A stretch of 47,550 nt of DNA from a virus (lineage: Duplodnaviria > Heunggongvirae > Uroviricota > Caudoviricetes): the IMG/VR virus record IMGVR_UViG_2534681704_000008. The stretch is one strand, 5' to 3'. The position numbers were made by a program, and so were the translations under genes. Below the pieces are notes generated by a model. The model was not told the origin of the DNA, made no database searches, and worked only from the letters and a program-made list of their open reading frames with translations. Shown one piece after another: positions 20,594 to 29,421 of this stretch (within the stretch, counting starts at the first letter, position 1; each line of letters begins with the position of its first letter).

Positions 20594-21589
20594 TTATTTA
20601 CCCCAGTCTTTTCTCTCTTTTGCAAGCTTATCAGCCAGCCCTTCGTTGAAAATACTGCCGTCGTCGTTGAGCAGCACCGGAATCTGGCTGCAGTAGCAGT
20701 TATACCGGTTACCGTTCTCTGCGTAGAAGTCCCGCACCTCTTCGGTGGTGTAGACCTTTCCGTGACGGCTGGCGTGCCAGGTGCGCGTCGTAGGTTTGAG
20801 CGCTGACAACCACAGCAGACCGGTATTCAGCCCCAGCCTGTCAGCCGCCCAGTCCGTTTCGTTCCATTGCGCCTGCCGCAGTGCGCCGATCTGCTCGGTC
20901 TGAGCGATGGTCTTGGCCTTCGACATCGACACATCGAGGCGCTTGCTGATGACGCTGGCCGTCTCACGAGGATTTACCCCGCGCGCTACAGCATCGGTGA
21001 TGATGTTGGTCAGGTCGCCACGGGCAGTGTCGCTGATTACCTTCCAGTCACTGAACGTTGTCAGCCTGGCCGCCGATATCTGGTTAAGATGACCGGGACT
21101 GCTTAAAAGCTGCTGTAACGTCGTCTGACTGGCGTACACCTGCGACTGCTGCGAGAGGTTATTGAATGCCTCCAGCGTGCCGCGCTGCGCCTCTGCTACG
21201 ACGTAATCCATCGCCCAGAGGTTTTGCTCGCCACCATCCAGCAGGTATTCGTCGAGAATGCCCTGCACCGCTTCCAGCAGGTCAGCCAGTTCCTGCGCCG
21301 ACATGTCGTAGATGAACTTGCCTGCGTTGACCTGGTAGAGCCGCATATCCTCGCCGTGGTCGTGGCACAGGAAGTGCCAGTTATGGCTGTTTACCTCGCG
21401 CTCACGCCCGGTCAGGCGCTGGTCAAACAGAGCTTTCAGCGCGCGCTTGATGCCGAGATACCGATCTTCGATATCCCGGAACATCGCGGTGACCTGTTTT
21501 GCCGAACGGGTCGGGTCAACCTTGCTGCGCGGAACTATCGGCAGCCCCACCTTTGCCGTCTGTTCTGGTGTCATCGGCCAGTGGATCAT
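20594..21589 (-). CDS. Head morphogenesis protein (minor head protein)
   Basis: 331 aa, position directly after portal; start uncertain (74-nt overlap with the portal ORF). Confidence 0.6.
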   Translation of the reverse strand: MIHWPMTPEQTAKVGLPIVPRSKVDPTRSAKQVTAMFRDIEDRYLGIKRALKALFDQRLTGREREVNSHNWHFLCHDHGEDMRLYQVNAGKFIYDMSAQELADLLEAVQGILDEYLLDGGEQNLWAMDYVVAEAQRGTLEAFNNLSQQSQVYASQTTLQQLLSSPGHLNQISAARLTTFSDWKVISDTARGDLTNIITDAVARGVNPRETASVISKRLDVSMSKAKTIAQTEQIGALRQAQWNETDWAADRLGLNTGLLWLSALKPTTRTWHASRHGKVYTTEEVRDFYAENGNRYNCYCSQIPVLLNDDGSIFNEGLADKLAKERKDWGK

Positions 21590-22985
21590 CGGTAGTCACC
21601 TTCTCGTCCGGTTTAGGCGGTTCTTTTGGTTCAGGCAGCGGGTCAAGCCCCACAATCTCGCGCAACTCATTTGCGGTAAACGGCGCGTCTCCACCATAGT
21701 AAGGCGTGGTTTTCTGCACGATGTCAGCGAGTTTCGAAGCGTTCTCGATCTTCTCTTTCTCGCCTGGCGCCAGCAGGTCGCTCCACGAAATGGTGACCTC
21801 GCCTTTTGTCGGCGGGTCGATAATCCCCAGCGTCCAGAAGCGTTCAAGCAGCGCGGTGATGCGGTCTGTCAGGAAGCCATTGCGCCGCGTGTTGCGCCGG
21901 ATAGCCCAGTCTGTTTTGTCCTCGTCGCTCGCCAGTCTCCCGGTCTGCTGACCGAACAGGATGGTGAACGGGATCTGTACGGAGGCGGCCAGTTCGTTCG
22001 CGGTAACCTCCCATGTCGGCCCCGGGTCGCCAGGCGTAACGCTCAGAACGTGCATCTGACCAGCCTGCATTACGGCCGCCGCATCGGTACCGCGGTTCAG
22101 CTTATTGACCTTGTCGCCCATCGCTTCGCCGAGATCGGCATAGCCAGCCTTCTTAGCCTGGTCTGCCAGCGTGTTCATGTCGGTTTCTTTGCTGAACTCG
22201 ACGGCGATCTGACGGCTGGCGTTCTTCAGGAAGCCCTCGGCGCCACCGCCGGAAATCTTCTCGATATCGAGGCCTTTGTTGAAACCAGCCTCCAGCAGCG
22301 GGATGCCGGACAGCACGTTGTCGTCTTCAGATCCTTCGCAGAACAAGATAACGCGGCTCGGGTGTACCGGTTCTCCGCGCATCGGACCGACAAAAGGCTC
22401 ATCACCGACCGGCTGCTCGTTGAAGTTGAACATCTTCGGCTGACCGAACGTTTCTGACTGACGGTCGTTATCCCATTCAGCGACGGTTAACTGCGGCTCC
22501 CACACAGGGATAAGTTTTACCAGCGCTGACTCGCCGAGTCGTTTTACTAAAGCAGTATCGACTTCCTGATCCCAGTTCCGATTGTCTTTCACCTGCAGCA
22601 GGAGCGCTGAGTAACGCCCAACCATATTGCGGCGATCGGCATCCTTCACCTTCGGCCACAGCCTCTTCATGAACTTGGTGACTTTCTTTTCCCAGGCGTT
22701 TGTATTCTTCGCCTCCTGAGCTTCATCACCGTCAACAATGACCGGATAGTCTTGCCAGCAACCATCCAGCAGACGATGCACCACAGCGAAGCCAGCGGCG
22801 TTGCGGCGGTACATGTTGTAGAAGTCGTTGAAGGTGATCGTGCGCGGGTAGCCAAATTCCTGGTAAAGCGTCGGTCGCTTCGTGTTGCCGCCACCGATGC
22901 CGATGGTATTCAGGTAATTCGCTCGCCTCATTTCAGTGGCGAGGTTGTTCACAGCCATCTGAAGGCCGTTATCTTGTTCGCTCAC
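21516..22985 (-). CDS. Portal protein
   Basis: 489 aa directly downstream of terminase large subunit. Confidence 0.75.
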   Translation of the reverse strand: MSEQDNGLQMAVNNLATEMRRANYLNTIGIGGGNTKRPTLYQEFGYPRTITFNDFYNMYRRNAAGFAVVHRLLDGCWQDYPVIVDGDEAQEAKNTNAWEKKVTKFMKRLWPKVKDADRRNMVGRYSALLLQVKDNRNWDQEVDTALVKRLGESALVKLIPVWEPQLTVAEWDNDRQSETFGQPKMFNFNEQPVGDEPFVGPMRGEPVHPSRVILFCEGSEDDNVLSGIPLLEAGFNKGLDIEKISGGGAEGFLKNASRQIAVEFSKETDMNTLADQAKKAGYADLGEAMGDKVNKLNRGTDAAAVMQAGQMHVLSVTPGDPGPTWEVTANELAASVQIPFTILFGQQTGRLASDEDKTDWAIRRNTRRNGFLTDRITALLERFWTLGIIDPPTKGEVTISWSDLLAPGEKEKIENASKLADIVQKTTPYYGGDAPFTANELREIVGLDPLPEPKEPPKPDEKVTTDDPLADDTRTDGKGGAADSSAQQG

Positions 22986-22997
22986 TGGCGATGCTCC

Positions 22998-24470
22998 TTA
23001 GAAGAATACTGTGCCGACTTGCTTGCGGTTATTCTTCGCTACTGCGAAATAACGGAAACTGTCAGCACCGTGCGATGTGAAGTCATGAAGCGGTTTATCT
23101 TTCCAGCAGCCGCGTTTGTCGTCCCACTCCTTGCGGTAGCCCTCAAGGTGAGAGATGCCAACAGCACACTTCTCTTCATCGAATACGCAGGACTTGAGGA
23201 TTTCACGGACCGACTCAATACCAGTGTCGATCCCTGCTTTCGGCACAACGCGGAAGTTCATCGAATACATCTGACCATCAATCTCGTAACCCTCGCGCGC
23301 CAGCTCTTTGCGTGACTTCGCATCAGCAGCAAACTCGCGGTTTTCGATGTCGTGCGGACCCCAGTGCTCGCCGTACTCATAGCCCCGGTCTTTCAGCACC
23401 TTCATGTAGTGCCTCAGCCCCTCGCCGGAGTTTTCGTAGTAGTCGATGATGTGGAACTCTTCGCCGACCTCACGAACGAACCATATCGCCGTGGAGTCAC
23501 CCACACCGATATCCCAGAACGTGTGTACCGGGAGGTGCGAGTTATCAGGGATTTGGCCGATCCGTTTGTTGGTGTAAAGCCAACGGAACTGCTTGGCGTA
23601 GTACGCGCCCTCGACCGACTGCTGAAACGCCTCGGCCGGAATGGTCGGGTATTCTCGCTTCATGTCATCGCCGAGGGTTTTCTCTTTGGCGTAGTACCAG
23701 GCTTTCTGGCGCTCATTGACGACTACGCCGTGCTTCGCCGCCATCTCAGCGAAGTATTCCAGCAGGCGCACCGGCAGTGCTTCGACAGGGTCGATTGCGT
23801 ACTGCGGATTCTTCCACCAGGAGAAGAAGAAAAACTTCCAGTCCAGCGCGGATAAGGGCTTCCCCTGCAGCAACGCTTTCTCTGCCGTCTGGCAGTAATC
23901 GAAGAAGTAACCCGCCCGCCCCTCGGCAGTGCTCTCGATAGTAGCGAAGCATCCGGTCGATACTGCCTCAAACGCGCCAGTGACGATCTCACGGGCTTTG
24001 TCAGGATACTTGGCGCATATCTTCCCGAACTCAGAAACGTGCAGGTAGCGCAGCGTACCGCCACGAAATGACGTGCTGACGTATAGCGAGCCGCCCTTCT
24101 TAAAAACGAGCTCGCCGGATGAATCATTGCTGGCCGGGTTGGCAGCCTTTATCTCTGACGGCAGTTTGTCGTATGCGTACTTCACTTTTTCGCGAAACAG
24201 GCGCTTTGCGTCATTCAGCGTATGGGCAATCAGCGCACACTTTGCTGATTCGAACAGGGCCGCGTCGAGCTGGATGATACACACCTCAGTTGTGAAACCG
24301 AGTTGCCTGGCCTTAAGGATGATGTTGCGGGTGTGGATCCCCTCGAAGTATTCCCGCTGCTCAGGCGTCATCCTGAACCGCGTAGGCTTTCCCTCTTTGT
24401 CGGTGATCCAGTAGAGATTGTTAAGCCGCCAGTCTTTGTCGGCCAGCAGCTTGAGGTGCTCAGGTTTCAT
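22998..24470 (-). CDS. Terminase large subunit
   Basis: 490 aa; N-terminal ATPase region and C-terminal nuclease region. Confidence 0.85.
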   Translation of the reverse strand: MKPEHLKLLADKDWRLNNLYWITDKEGKPTRFRMTPEQREYFEGIHTRNIILKARQLGFTTEVCIIQLDAALFESAKCALIAHTLNDAKRLFREKVKYAYDKLPSEIKAANPASNDSSGELVFKKGGSLYVSTSFRGGTLRYLHVSEFGKICAKYPDKAREIVTGAFEAVSTGCFATIESTAEGRAGYFFDYCQTAEKALLQGKPLSALDWKFFFFSWWKNPQYAIDPVEALPVRLLEYFAEMAAKHGVVVNERQKAWYYAKEKTLGDDMKREYPTIPAEAFQQSVEGAYYAKQFRWLYTNKRIGQIPDNSHLPVHTFWDIGVGDSTAIWFVREVGEEFHIIDYYENSGEGLRHYMKVLKDRGYEYGEHWGPHDIENREFAADAKSRKELAREGYEIDGQMYSMNFRVVPKAGIDTGIESVREILKSCVFDEEKCAVGISHLEGYRKEWDDKRGCWKDKPLHDFTSHGADSFRYFAVAKNNRKQVGTVFF

Positions 24471-24985
24471 TACGCCCCCTGAGACAGTGAATCCATCAGG
24501 TCAGATATTGAATTAACTACGTGCTCTGTTTTCACCTGCTCACGGAATGCCTGGACGTCGATATGCTTACCAATCAGCTCAAGGTTCTTCACCTTATCAG
24601 GCCACTTAATCTTCTTGAGCAGTGCGGCGGTGTTTCCCTCGGCTGACATCTCGACGACATCCAGCCCGGATAATGTCGTCCTCCAGACCTTCGGCCACTG
24701 AGAGACCGGCTTCAACTCTCCGGTCGAGGTCAGGATGTCGAGCACGTCCATCTGGTCTATCTCAACGAGACGATTCAGGACGTATGTCGCATTTATGCCA
24801 ACCAGATCATTGCGTTGCGCTTTAAGTTCGGCAATTCTGGACTGGATGTCAGGTTTTGACAGGTTTTCGGACGCAGTGCGGTTAGCTGTCTTTGCGCTGT
24901 ACCCCGCCCGAATAGCCGCTTGCGTGGCGTTCAAATCGATGAGGTACTCGCGACAGAACATTTCTTGCTTGTCTGTGAGTGCCAT
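24470..24985 (-). CDS. Terminase small subunit
   Basis: 171 aa, MALTDKQEMFCREYLIDLNATQAAIRAGYS HTH-type N-terminus. Confidence 0.8.
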   Translation of the reverse strand: MALTDKQEMFCREYLIDLNATQAAIRAGYSAKTANRTASENLSKPDIQSRIAELKAQRNDLVGINATYVLNRLVEIDQMDVLDILTSTGELKPVSQWPKVWRTTLSGLDVVEMSAEGNTAALLKKIKWPDKVKNLELIGKHIDVQAFREQVKTEHVVNSISDLMDSLSQGA

Positions 24986-25005
24986 TTCTTCTCCAAGGAG
25001 GATTT

Positions 25006-25437
25006 ATGAGCTCATTAACTTTTATCGGATTGTCGCAATTACTTTCGAAGAAAGGTGAGTTGTTACAGCAAAATACGCATGGCTTACTGGATCGTGTTAA
25101 CACCGCATGGAATAACAAACGAGACCTTAATAAGCAAATTTCCATACAGTTAAAGGATGGTGGGCTTGAAGTTTTAATTCCCCAACTACGCTTTAAATGT
25201 TTTACGGAAAGCAAGCTTTCACTTCACGAGGGCTCGTTAATGGGGGTCATCACTTTTTACACGCCTCTGGATGGAAAAAATCAGGAATTTCATAAAGTTT
25301 TTCTTGATTGGGACAATTGCATGCATTTTGGGGCGCCAGATTCGACTCCTTCAATCGACACCGATTATGCTGAAAATGTTGAATATCATTTCATGAACGC
25401 CCTGATCGAGTCTGCCTCTCGTAATAATTTAATTTAG
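25006..25437 (+). CDS. Hypothetical protein, opposite-strand cargo gene
   Basis: 143 aa from MSSLTFIG (ATG 25006, AAGGAGG RBS); AT-rich; followed by a terminator hairpin. Confidence 0.5.
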   Translation: MSSLTFIGLSQLLSKKGELLQQNTHGLLDRVNTAWNNKRDLNKQISIQLKDGGLEVLIPQLRFKCFTESKLSLHEGSLMGVITFYTPLDGKNQEFHKVFLDWDNCMHFGAPDSTPSIDTDYAENVEYHFMNALIESASRNNLI

Positions 25438-25448
25438 AAACCATCTCA

Positions 25449-25472
25449 AGGGTGGTGAATATTACCCACCCT
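25449..25472 (+). terminator. Intrinsic terminator after the 143-aa cargo gene
   Basis: agggtgg-N10-ccaccct hairpin followed by cttaatttt. Confidence 0.5.
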
Positions 25473-25473
25473 C

Positions 25474-25682
25474 TTAATTTTCATCCTCTTGTACAAGAGT
25501 AATGTTGGGCAGAGGCGTGAACTGCACGCGCTTAACGTCGGCAGGAGCGAAATACAGCCACTGTCCCGTTTCCGTCGCCAGCGGCACAAGCCGTTAACCA
25601 GCTCAGGCTGACGTCGTGACATCTTGCCCGTGAAGGTTTCGCCTGTTTGGGTGGTTAGCGTGATTTGGTAGATGTCGGACAT
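25474..25682 (-). pseudogene. Small gene with an apparent -1 frameshift
   Basis: N-terminal frame MSDIYQITLTTQTGETFTGKMSRRQPELVNG; C-terminal frame LVPLATETGQWLYFAPADVKRVQFTPLPNITLVQEDEN ending just before the hairpin; shift at a C/G run near 25587-25592. Confidence 0.4.
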
Positions 25683-25744
25683 TGAGAGCCTCTTTATCCG
25701 CTTATGTGAATATTGCCATTACGATGGGCTAACCCATGGTGATG

Positions 25745-25770
25745 GCAACAAAAAACCGCCAGTAGGCGGT
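25745..25770 (-). terminator. Intrinsic terminator directly after the DUF4145-like gene
   Basis: accgcc-agta-ggcggt hairpin next to the stop codon, followed on the minus strand by tttttgttgc. Confidence 0.55.
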
Positions 25771-26454
25771 TTATTTTGTTTGTTTTAATGCTTTTTTCTC
25801 AGCCGCTAAAGCGGTAATGGCGTCAATTCGTAGTTGCCTTTCATGCTTTTCAACATACCACTCTTGAATTAGAAGCTCGAGGAGGCCTATCAGCATCTCA
25901 GCTTCGTCTGGATCGACATCAACAATGACATTGATATCATTTTCCATATGAGCACCAATGTTGCCAATATTCCGAACAGCATCGATGGCTTTCCAAACAT
26001 TCGATTCAATCTGCCCCTCGATGGCTTTTATTTCGTCAACAAGTCTCGCGGGCTTAACATTCCAGACGTTCCTAATCATCCCTTGAAGACACCTGCGTGA
26101 CAAAGTTGCAGAAGCTTTAGGTGATAGATTTTTGATTAACACTGCCTCTTTATAGTCATCTAAAATCGGCTTCGGCACATAATCAGGAAACTGTTTATAA
26201 ATTCCATTTGGCCTATTAACCCACTGCTCGATTAAGTTGACCGGTCTGTAATAGCCACCTTCAAGTTTCGCAGTAGATACCTTCGATACGTATGTGAATT
26301 CTTTACATTCTTTGTTCGGGCAAACGTTGACCGAAGATTCAAAAGCCAAAACCCCGTACTTAGTGTCAGCTGCCACAGCGAAACTGTTATTTTTTTTCTC
26401 AATTGACTCGAAAACTGACAAGCGCCCACAAAAAGGGCATTCCCAAGATGACAT
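25771..26454 (-). CDS. Zinc-ribbon plus DUF4145-like (HEPN-superfamily) protein; candidate abortive-infection/defence gene
   Basis: 227 aa from MSSWECPFCG (ATG 26454, AAGGAGG RBS); CxxC...CxxxC ribbon; C-terminal AVRNIGNIGAH resembling the DUF4145/HEPN R...H signature; low GC; own AT-rich promoter and terminator. Confidence 0.55.
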   Translation of the reverse strand: MSSWECPFCGRLSVFESIEKKNNSFAVAADTKYGVLAFESSVNVCPNKECKEFTYVSKVSTAKLEGGYYRPVNLIEQWVNRPNGIYKQFPDYVPKPILDDYKEAVLIKNLSPKASATLSRRCLQGMIRNVWNVKPARLVDEIKAIEGQIESNVWKAIDAVRNIGNIGAHMENDINVIVDVDPDEAEMLIGLLELLIQEWYVEKHERQLRIDAITALAAEKKALKQTK

Positions 26455-26518
26455 GTAAACCTCCTTAGATTTAAGAAGGTTAATATATTGCAAAACATTA
26501 GAGTGTTAAACGTACAAA

Positions 26519-26980
26519 TTAATTCAAGCATTGCTCTTTAATGTAGTCCTGCAGATAGCCGACCTGCTTCGTCACTGTGACGATTCGCTCTCTGAGGGTG
26601 AAATAATCCCGTTCAGCGGAGTCAGTAAGTCTGGGGCCGGAAGCATCGCCCACGCCGCTGGCGCCGGCCGTTCCGTTCGCGGGACATCTGGCGTTGACGT
26701 GCAGCCCACACTTACCAGTGCTAACGCAACGCTGCAGATCTTCAAGCTGAGATTTCGCATCAGCTAATTCCTTAATGTATTTGGCATCCAGCGCAGCGAC
26801 ATCTCGCTGCCGGGTCTGCATGTCTTTGATGGTGGAGTTCGCCAGGCTGAGTTTCTCAGTGGCCTTATCGCGCTGTTCTTTGTAGTTGATGGCGTTGTCA
26901 CGGTAATGGTTAATCGCCCAGGCCATGGAAACCAGCAGGCAGATAACGACAGCGCAGATGATGGCTGTTGATCGGCTCAT
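26519..26980 (-). CDS. Rz: Rz-like i-spanin
   Basis: [24 protein letters not shown]-terminal TM anchor then coiled-coil periplasmic domain; ATGA overlap with the endolysin stop. Confidence 0.8.
   Translation of the reverse strand: MSRSTAIICAVVICLLVSMAWAINHYRDNAINYKEQRDKATEKLSLANSTIKDMQTRQRDVAALDAKYIKELADAKSQLEDLQRCVSTGKCGLHVNARCPANGTAGASGVGDASGPRLTDSAERDYFTLRERIVTVTKQVGYLQDYIKEQCLN
26572..26760 (-). CDS. Rz1: Rz1-like o-spanin lipoprotein embedded in the +1 frame of Rz
   Basis: 62 aa, LVSVGC lipobox, Pro-rich, C-terminal [11 protein letters not shown] matches lambda Rz1. Confidence 0.75.
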   Translation of the reverse strand: MRNLSLKICSVALALVSVGCTSTPDVPRTERPAPAAWAMLPAPDLLTPLNGIISPSESESSQ

Positions 26981-27471
26981 TTCTGGCCCCACTCGCAAAC
27001 TTCACGCTCAATCTCGCGCCGGGTGATAAGCCCCTTCCACTGTTTGCCACCGGCAAACGTCCAGCGCTGCAGTTCTTTGCATGCCCCCGGCACGTCTCCG
27101 GCGTTCAGCTTCTTCAGCAGTGTGGAGCTGGCAAAAGCACCAGAGCCAACGTTATAGGTGAAGGAGTAAAGTGCGGCACGCGTAGGCTCAGGGATGCGAA
27201 CCTTGATCAGCGGGTCGATGGCGTTTGCCACCTTCCGCAGATCTGCCTTAAGCAGGTTGTCACACTCTTTGTCGGTGTAGCGGTGACCGCGGCGAATGTC
27301 GGATCCGGTGTGCCCATCGCAAACAGTCCAGACGCCGACCACATCCTGATAGGCGTAATAGCGCCGCCCTTCCAGCCCATCCGCATTGCCAAGCATTACT
27401 GCAGCAATGGTGATTGCTCCGGATCCGCCAACAATGGCACCCACCAGCTTATTCCTGAGTGTCGGGTTCAT
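26977..27471 (-). CDS. SAR endolysin (phage lysozyme, GH24)
   Basis: 164 aa; N-terminal Gly/Ala-rich SAR segment ([20 protein letters not shown]); catalytic E-x8-D-x5-T ([16 protein letters not shown]). Confidence 0.8.
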   Translation of the reverse strand: MNPTLRNKLVGAIVGGSGAITIAAVMLGNADGLEGRRYYAYQDVVGVWTVCDGHTGSDIRRGHRYTDKECDNLLKADLRKVANAIDPLIKVRIPEPTRAALYSFTYNVGSGAFASSTLLKKLNAGDVPGACKELQRWTFAGGKQWKGLITRREIEREVCEWGQK

Positions 27472-27673
27472 CTCGGCTCCTGCTGCGGCGGTTGTCTTCG
27501 CGGATCTTGAAATAGAGATTCGTCAGATACGTCAGTACGGCAATGATGATACCCACCAGCACGCCGATAGCGTTCCACTGCTCGGGGCTGTAGGCATTAA
27601 GCATGCCGTTTAGGATGCTCCCGGCTGAAGCGCCATAGGCAGCACCAGTGGTTATTTTTTCCATGCGATACAT
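27449..27673 (-). CDS. Class II holin (pinholin, S21-like) with dual-start motif
   Basis: 74 aa starting MYRMEK (two in-frame Met); C-terminus [17 protein letters not shown] matches S21. Confidence 0.8.
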   Translation of the reverse strand: MYRMEKITTGAAYGASAGSILNGMLNAYSPEQWNAIGVLVGIIIAVLTYLTNLYFKIREDNRRSRSRDEPDTQE

Positions 27674-27774
27674 GCTCTCACCTCGCGTAGTTAGCGGGTG
27701 CTGTGTGTGTTTGAAAAGGGTCAGGCCCTCGGGACGATTTAACAAGTAGGCGTGTCGATGATGGTTCCCGGAGC

Positions 27775-27804
27775 CTGAAATAAAAAACCCGGCGACAGGC
27801 CGGG
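27775..27804 (-). terminator. Intrinsic terminator in the late leader (tR'-like)
   Basis: cccggc-gacag-gccggg hairpin followed on the minus strand by ttttttatttcag, about 100 nt upstream of the holin start. Confidence 0.55.
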
Positions 27805-28079
27805 AAGATGAGGGTAAGGCAATGTCGGCTCTCTGGCCGAAGGGTCCCAGGTAGTGGGTTCTGTGTGTGGCGATCGGACTCGAACCGATACTCAGGTTCA
27901 GCATTAGCATCATGCCTGCCCTGCCGGATAACCGGTTGATGCGTTACTCTACCCATCTAACCCGCAAGCTGGAATTGAGTTACACCACAACGGATAGAGC
28001 ACTGAGCATTTCGTTGGCGCTCCATGCTGCTGCGTGGGCTGGGTTATGAGCCCTTCACGCCAATGCTCTTTCCTGTTGT

Positions 28080-28112
28080 GCAGATACAAAAAAGGCCGCT
28101 TTTGTGCGGCCT
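28080..28112 (-). terminator. Intrinsic terminator after the late cargo gene
   Basis: aggccgc-ttttgt-gcggcct hairpin followed on the minus strand by tttttgtatc. Confidence 0.55.
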
Positions 28113-28128
28113 CAGTTCATTCATAATA

Positions 28129-28485
28129 CTAATTATCTGGATTCCAGATGGTTTCATCCAACTCAAAAACTAGACACTTTTTAGATTTATCCAGATAAAA
28201 TTCTGCAGTTCTTGCTTCTTGATCTAAATAATCCCTATCTTTACAACCTTCGAAATACTGAACATCAACCTCAAACTCAAAAGAGCCAGCATTATCGCCT
28301 TTTTCATACCAGACTTCGGTCACCTCAAAGCTGTCTGATTGATAGCTATATCGTGGATCGCCACGATAATCAGCCATGACATAACCTTCAAAATAATGTG
28401 AATGCTGCTTTATAAGATCCCGAAATGCTGCTTCTGTATTTGAAAAATCATCAGGAATATAGATCTCATATCTTTTGGTGCCCAT
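28129..28485 (-). CDS. Hypothetical acidic protein; cargo gene between Q and the lysis cassette
   Basis: 118 aa from MGTKRYEIYIPDDF (ATG 28485; the longer ORF-track start at 28536 is GTG); AT-rich; flanked by terminators. Confidence 0.5.
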   Translation of the reverse strand: MGTKRYEIYIPDDFSNTEAAFRDLIKQHSHYFEGYVMADYRGDPRYSYQSDSFEVTEVWYEKGDNAGSFEFEVDVQYFEGCKDRDYLDQEARTAEFYLDKSKKCLVFELDETIWNPDN

Positions 28486-28509
28486 TGGGAAAACCTTAGA
28501 GTTTGATAT

Positions 28510-28555
28510 TAGAGCAAATATTAAAACAAAAGCCACCGACTTTAACCAGTGGCTT
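28510..28555 (-). terminator. Intrinsic terminator directly downstream of Q
   Basis: aagccac-N12-gtggctt hairpin followed on the minus strand by ttgttttaatattt. Confidence 0.5.
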
Positions 28556-28622
28556 AAAAGGCTTTTCCTGACACTAAATAGAACAATGGCACAATATCAG
28601 ATTCACATGAAATGTATGCTAT

Positions 28623-29312
28623 TTAATTGACTTTTGCAATACCCTGCTGCGAAAAAGTCGCCTTTTGTTGCGATCGTGTTCTCACAGCGCAGAGAAGAGA
28701 GTCGCTATCAAGCCGCTTAAAGATGGTGCACATGGCCCGCCAGTAATCGGCGTAGTTATGGCACCAGTTATCAGGTTTAACGCCGCACAGGGCCGCCAGG
28801 TCCTGATGCTGATATACATCCTTGCCTGCCAGCTCCGCTTTGACGTCCTGCGCCGCCAGCCAGATAAGTTTCTTCAGGCGCTCCATCGTCTTGCCGGCCA
28901 CCTTCTTCGTGCCGAGTTGCTCACGGAACTCTGCCCATGCCCACTGAGTTATCGCCACCTGATACTCGAAGCGGATGTTCTCGCTGTAGTTCCACAACAG
29001 CCATGCTTTCTGGTGGTCTTCAAGCGACAGGACGGCGCGGCGCCACGATGCGGTCACGAACTCAACCGGGCCCACCAGCGCAATGGATGAACCCTTGGCG
29101 CGTGACTGGCTGCCGCTCATCGGCGGGCCGTCCGGGTTGACCATGCGCTGCTTATCCTTGTCGAATACCTTTTTCCGGCCCCGACTGCGCGCCGTCGCGG
29201 TGAATTGCGCATTCTCGGCGAAGGCTACCAACTGCCCTTTCGTCGACCCGCTCAGATCTGCGGTCGCCACAATGAGCTGCTGACGTACGTATTCCAGTTG
29301 CTGACTGTTCAT
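28623..29312 (-). CDS. Late antitermination protein Q (assigned by position and size)
   Basis: 229 aa, located between rusA and the late/lysis region, Cys-containing C-terminus. Confidence 0.55.
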   Translation of the reverse strand: MNSQQLEYVRQQLIVATADLSGSTKGQLVAFAENAQFTATARSRGRKKVFDKDKQRMVNPDGPPMSGSQSRAKGSSIALVGPVEFVTASWRRAVLSLEDHQKAWLLWNYSENIRFEYQVAITQWAWAEFREQLGTKKVAGKTMERLKKLIWLAAQDVKAELAGKDVYQHQDLAALCGVKPDNWCHNYADYWRAMCTIFKRLDSDSLLCAVRTRSQQKATFSQQGIAKVN

Positions 29313-29421
29313 GCGGCTTCCTTCTGTGGCTGGTTGGTTTTGGTCTTGCTGTGCTTTGCTACTGGTGGCATGCTGGCGCGCTTAACGCTTTCGGCCTGGT
29401 ATCTGGTTATCTCGTCTCTGG

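Noticed and set aside
21447-22457. 336-aa plus-strand ORF
   Set aside because: Antisense to the portal gene; no RBS; composition typical of antisense frames.
27860-27990. Possible phage tRNA gene on the minus strand (GGTTCGAGTCC T-loop-like sequence followed by CGCCACA)
   Set aside because: The only candidate 5' acceptor strand (TGTGGTG) lies about 124 nt upstream, too far for a cloverleaf; no D-arm or proper anticodon loop could be built by hand and no CCA is encoded. Kept only as a tRNA-like remnant; needs tRNAscan-SE.
28485-28536. Signal-peptide-like N-terminal extension (MAFVLIFALISNSKVF) of the late cargo protein
   Set aside because: The extension starts at a GTG inside the upstream terminator hairpin; the internal ATG at 28485 has an RBS, so the protein is more likely the cytoplasmic 118-aa form.
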